Part shown: positions 61,196-64,000 of the stretch, piece by piece
Numbering within the stretch: position 1 is the stretch's first letter
How the letters are laid out: the number at the start of each line of letters is the position of its first letter
DNA from: Vicugna vicugna
Lineage: Eukaryota
Length of the DNA: 64,000 nucleotides
Assembly (NCBI GenBank): GCA_013265495.1
Contig: MU062470.1
Coordinates: 806,001-870,000, forward strand
Direction of reading: 5' to 3'
Notes under the pieces: model-generated
What the model was told of the DNA's origin: nothing
The model's input: only the letters and a program-made list of their open reading frames with translations
Databases searched by the model: none
Translations under genes and position numbers: made by a program

Positions 61196-62889
61196 TCTAC
61201 TGTCTTCCTGACCGCTGGTTCATCTCCAGGATCAAAAGGTTCTGTTCATAAACTACAAGCACCTGGCACGTGGGAGCTACCCACCGTTAATTCTCCCCTT
61301 GTTACCATTAGGCAGTTAGGGAACTGGGGGCCCTGGGCAGACAGGTGGAGGAGGGGGACGGTCTGGGAGATGGCGGCAGCCCTGCCTCCAGCATCGAGGG
61401 GCTTGACTTCCTCTAAACATGTGCCAGCAAGACACCAGTTAGAGCCCGACGGTCACAGAGCTCAGAGCTGAGAAGGGCCCAACGGACGTGGCCCAGTGTT
61501 CCCTGCAATGAGATCAACACTGCGGTTCAGCCCCCCCACACCACGGGATTCCCTGTGGGCACCACAGGCAAGGACACGTGCAGACGGACAAACATGACCA
61601 GACACTCCAGGGACAAGAGCCGTCAATCAGTCGAAAGACCCCCTCTGCGCGAGGCACAGGAGCAAGGGGAGACGACGGCCACCGCTGCCCGCCCTTGGCT
61701 CAGCCCGCCTGCCGCTCCTGGGGGTGCGCGTCCCGTTTTCTGAGCAGATTCTTTGAAGACCTTTCACTGCACAACACTCTGCGTCTCCGTCTGTATTTTT
61801 ATCTTTTGGGTAAGACAAGGGCGGGGTCTTTTCCCTCCCCCTTTTGGGGTAACAGTTCTCCTTCTAGCAACAATATTAGCACCTATAAAGTCCCCAGTGC
61901 AGATGAGTCAGCACCCGCCTTTGTCACTGGATGACGACGGTCTCCCTGGCCCTTACCCGGCCGGGTTTAAGGTGTCACGACACGCACGTCTCACCTCACC
62001 TGCACGGAAGTTGTGTCCGTGCTTCCGAGGCTCATCCTACCCGTTCTCGCCTCCCCTTTCTTCTACATCTGTGGAGTCTGCATCACAGTCCAGGCAATTA
62101 GCAAGACATTCTTGTCCCCACCAGACACTTGGATGCCTGAAGGCAAGAGTGATCCTTCATTCACCCTTAGTTCTTCAGCGCTGTGCACAGCGCTGCCCAG
62201 AGTCAGCACACGGAGACCGTGGGAGGAACGTGTGGCTGGCTGCTTTCTAACGGCTTCTACTTCTTCATTTCAAGGGGATAAAAAGTCTAATAAAACCACT
62301 AGTACTTGTGAAAATCAAGACTTCTCACTACCACTGACCTGCTGTAAAGGTGAAGGTAAGGTCTGAGGACTATTTGAAAGTAAGAACACTGTCCCGCGCA
62401 CAGGAGCCTTTTGACCGCTTCACCCCCTCGGAACAGCACAGCGGGGTCAGCACTGGTTGTAAGGAAAACACGGATGTGGTCTAAGAATGCGTGGACACTT
62501 CTCCATGGAGAGCCATAAAACGACTATAAAACCATGTTTAGGTGAAAGAGGTGAGAAGTCAGTCTTGCACATCTTCATCAGCAGTGCGGTCCAGCCCCGA
62601 GTTCCTCGCCTGAATTCACGGTGTAAGAAGACTCAGGCCAACAGGCGTGGTTGCAGGTGGTGCCCAGAGCGGCCCACGGCACCACTCCACAGCTGCCTAC
62701 GTCCCTAAATGCCTTCAAGAAGTTGAAGCCCATATTAATTTATTATATATTTCTGTATGCATATTACTTAACAAGTCTAAGGCTATAATTCAAAGGTTAG
62801 AAACAAATATAAGAAATAAAACCCAAGTGCTATTCACAAGAATGCTTGCTTTATGTGAGTGGAGCTTAGATTCCAACTTCTCAGTAATT

Positions 62890-63112
62890 ATTTTTAATTG
62901 AAGCACAGTCAGTTACAACATGTCAATGTCTGGTGTGCAGCACCGTGTCCCAGTCATGCATATACACACATATGTGCATTTTCACATTTCTTTCATTACA
63001 GGTTATTACAAGACATTGACTAAAGTTCCCTGCGCTGTACAGAAGGCATTTGTTTTTTATGTATTTTTCTACATAGCAGTTATTATTTGCAAATCTCAAA
63101 CTTCCAAATTCT
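62890..63112 (-). mobile_element. L1 3' end (camelid type)
   Basis: ttttaattgaagcacagtcagttacaacatgtcaatgtctggtgtgcagc...gttccctgcgctgtacagaa. Confidence 0.88.
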
Positions 63113-63669
63113 TAATTCAGAAGTCAGTGCTCTAAAAGACATTTTGGGTTCTCACATGACATAATGACAGGAATGAAATTCCTATGCTCTCGAGGTCTTT
63201 GGTGACATTTCTTGACAGATGCAATGGAGGGCATTGCAAAGATCACGGACTGAGAGTAAGAAAGCTTCACTTGGACACACACCACTGCGAATGAGGTGTG
63301 CCCTCCATGTCTACTTCCTCGGGCACAGGAAGTTGCCCACATAATGGAAACAGTTCTGTGGACAGAAGTCAGTGTATTCTGGCCATGAATCTCAAATAGC
63401 TTCGTCTCCAACTCAGGCTGTTAATGAGTCAAAAACAATGTGCGTGATGTAACAAAACTGGCTGCGCACGGGTGATCTCATACCTCTAGTGACCCTACTG
63501 CTCCCCTGTGCCGCCTGATGCGCCAACCACACAGCCATGCCCCTTGCTCTTTAGCTCTCTGCCCGTGTCTTTCTTCCAACCCCAGCCCTGTGGTCTCCGC
63601 TGTAGACTGTTAGGGTGGAGTCCCAGCCCAGCAGGTTCTCAAATGCCGTTCTCTACCGTGATGGTCTGT

Positions 63670-64000
63670 GCGTGCGTGACTTCTCTAAAACACAGCCTCC
63701 CCGTACCACCCTCACCCTAACACGGTCTAGGGGTCCCACACCCTTTTCAGGATGGAGTCCAGGTGCCTGACATAACATGAGTTTCTGCATCATCAGACAA
63801 CCTCTTACTTCCCTTGTCCATCTGTTCCTCACCCTTACCCTCCCTTCCACACACGACCAATGTTCCAGGCCTCCTGAGCCACCTAGTTACCACAGTCTGC
63901 CCTCCTCACAAGCTGTTGCTCTGCCGGGAATGGCCTTCCCACCCCTGACTGCCTGGCCAGCACGTACCCATCGTGTGAGGCCCAGTCCCAGGCGTCAGCT
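63670..64000 (+). mobile_element. L2 fragment
   Basis: Pyrimidine-rich sense L2 text (gctgttgctctgccgggaatggccttccc). Confidence 0.65.

Overview
Mammalian genomic DNA, most likely a camelid (alpaca/camel). That call is inferred from tRNA-derived SINEs of the camelid Vic-1 type and cetartiodactyl-type L1 3' ends; I saw no ruminant Bov-A/Bov-tA elements. The window is GC- and CpG-rich, consistent with a subtelomeric-type region, and has two assembly gaps (41061-41077 and 59629-59801). I could not recognise any protein-coding gene. The supplied ORFs look like chance ORFs in GC-rich DNA or antisense reads of L1. I found no rRNA, true tRNA or CRISPR. What the sequence does support: many interspersed repeats (young and ancient L1, L2, MIR, MaLR LTRs, hAT MER elements, SINEs); about six CpG-rich islands, the strongest at about 40.0-41.8 kb with splice donors facing outward on both strands; several splice-site-bounded candidate exons suggesting lncRNA-like or unrecognised transcripts; and some structural oddities. 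The main oddities are a 23-24 bp periodic CCAAT array, an inverted L1 junction resembling twin priming, a four-layer nested insertion with readable target-site duplications (TSDs), and L1 sequence that has drifted to high GC. Repeat subfamily names come from my recall of consensus sequences and are approximate. I found no convincing novel biological system.
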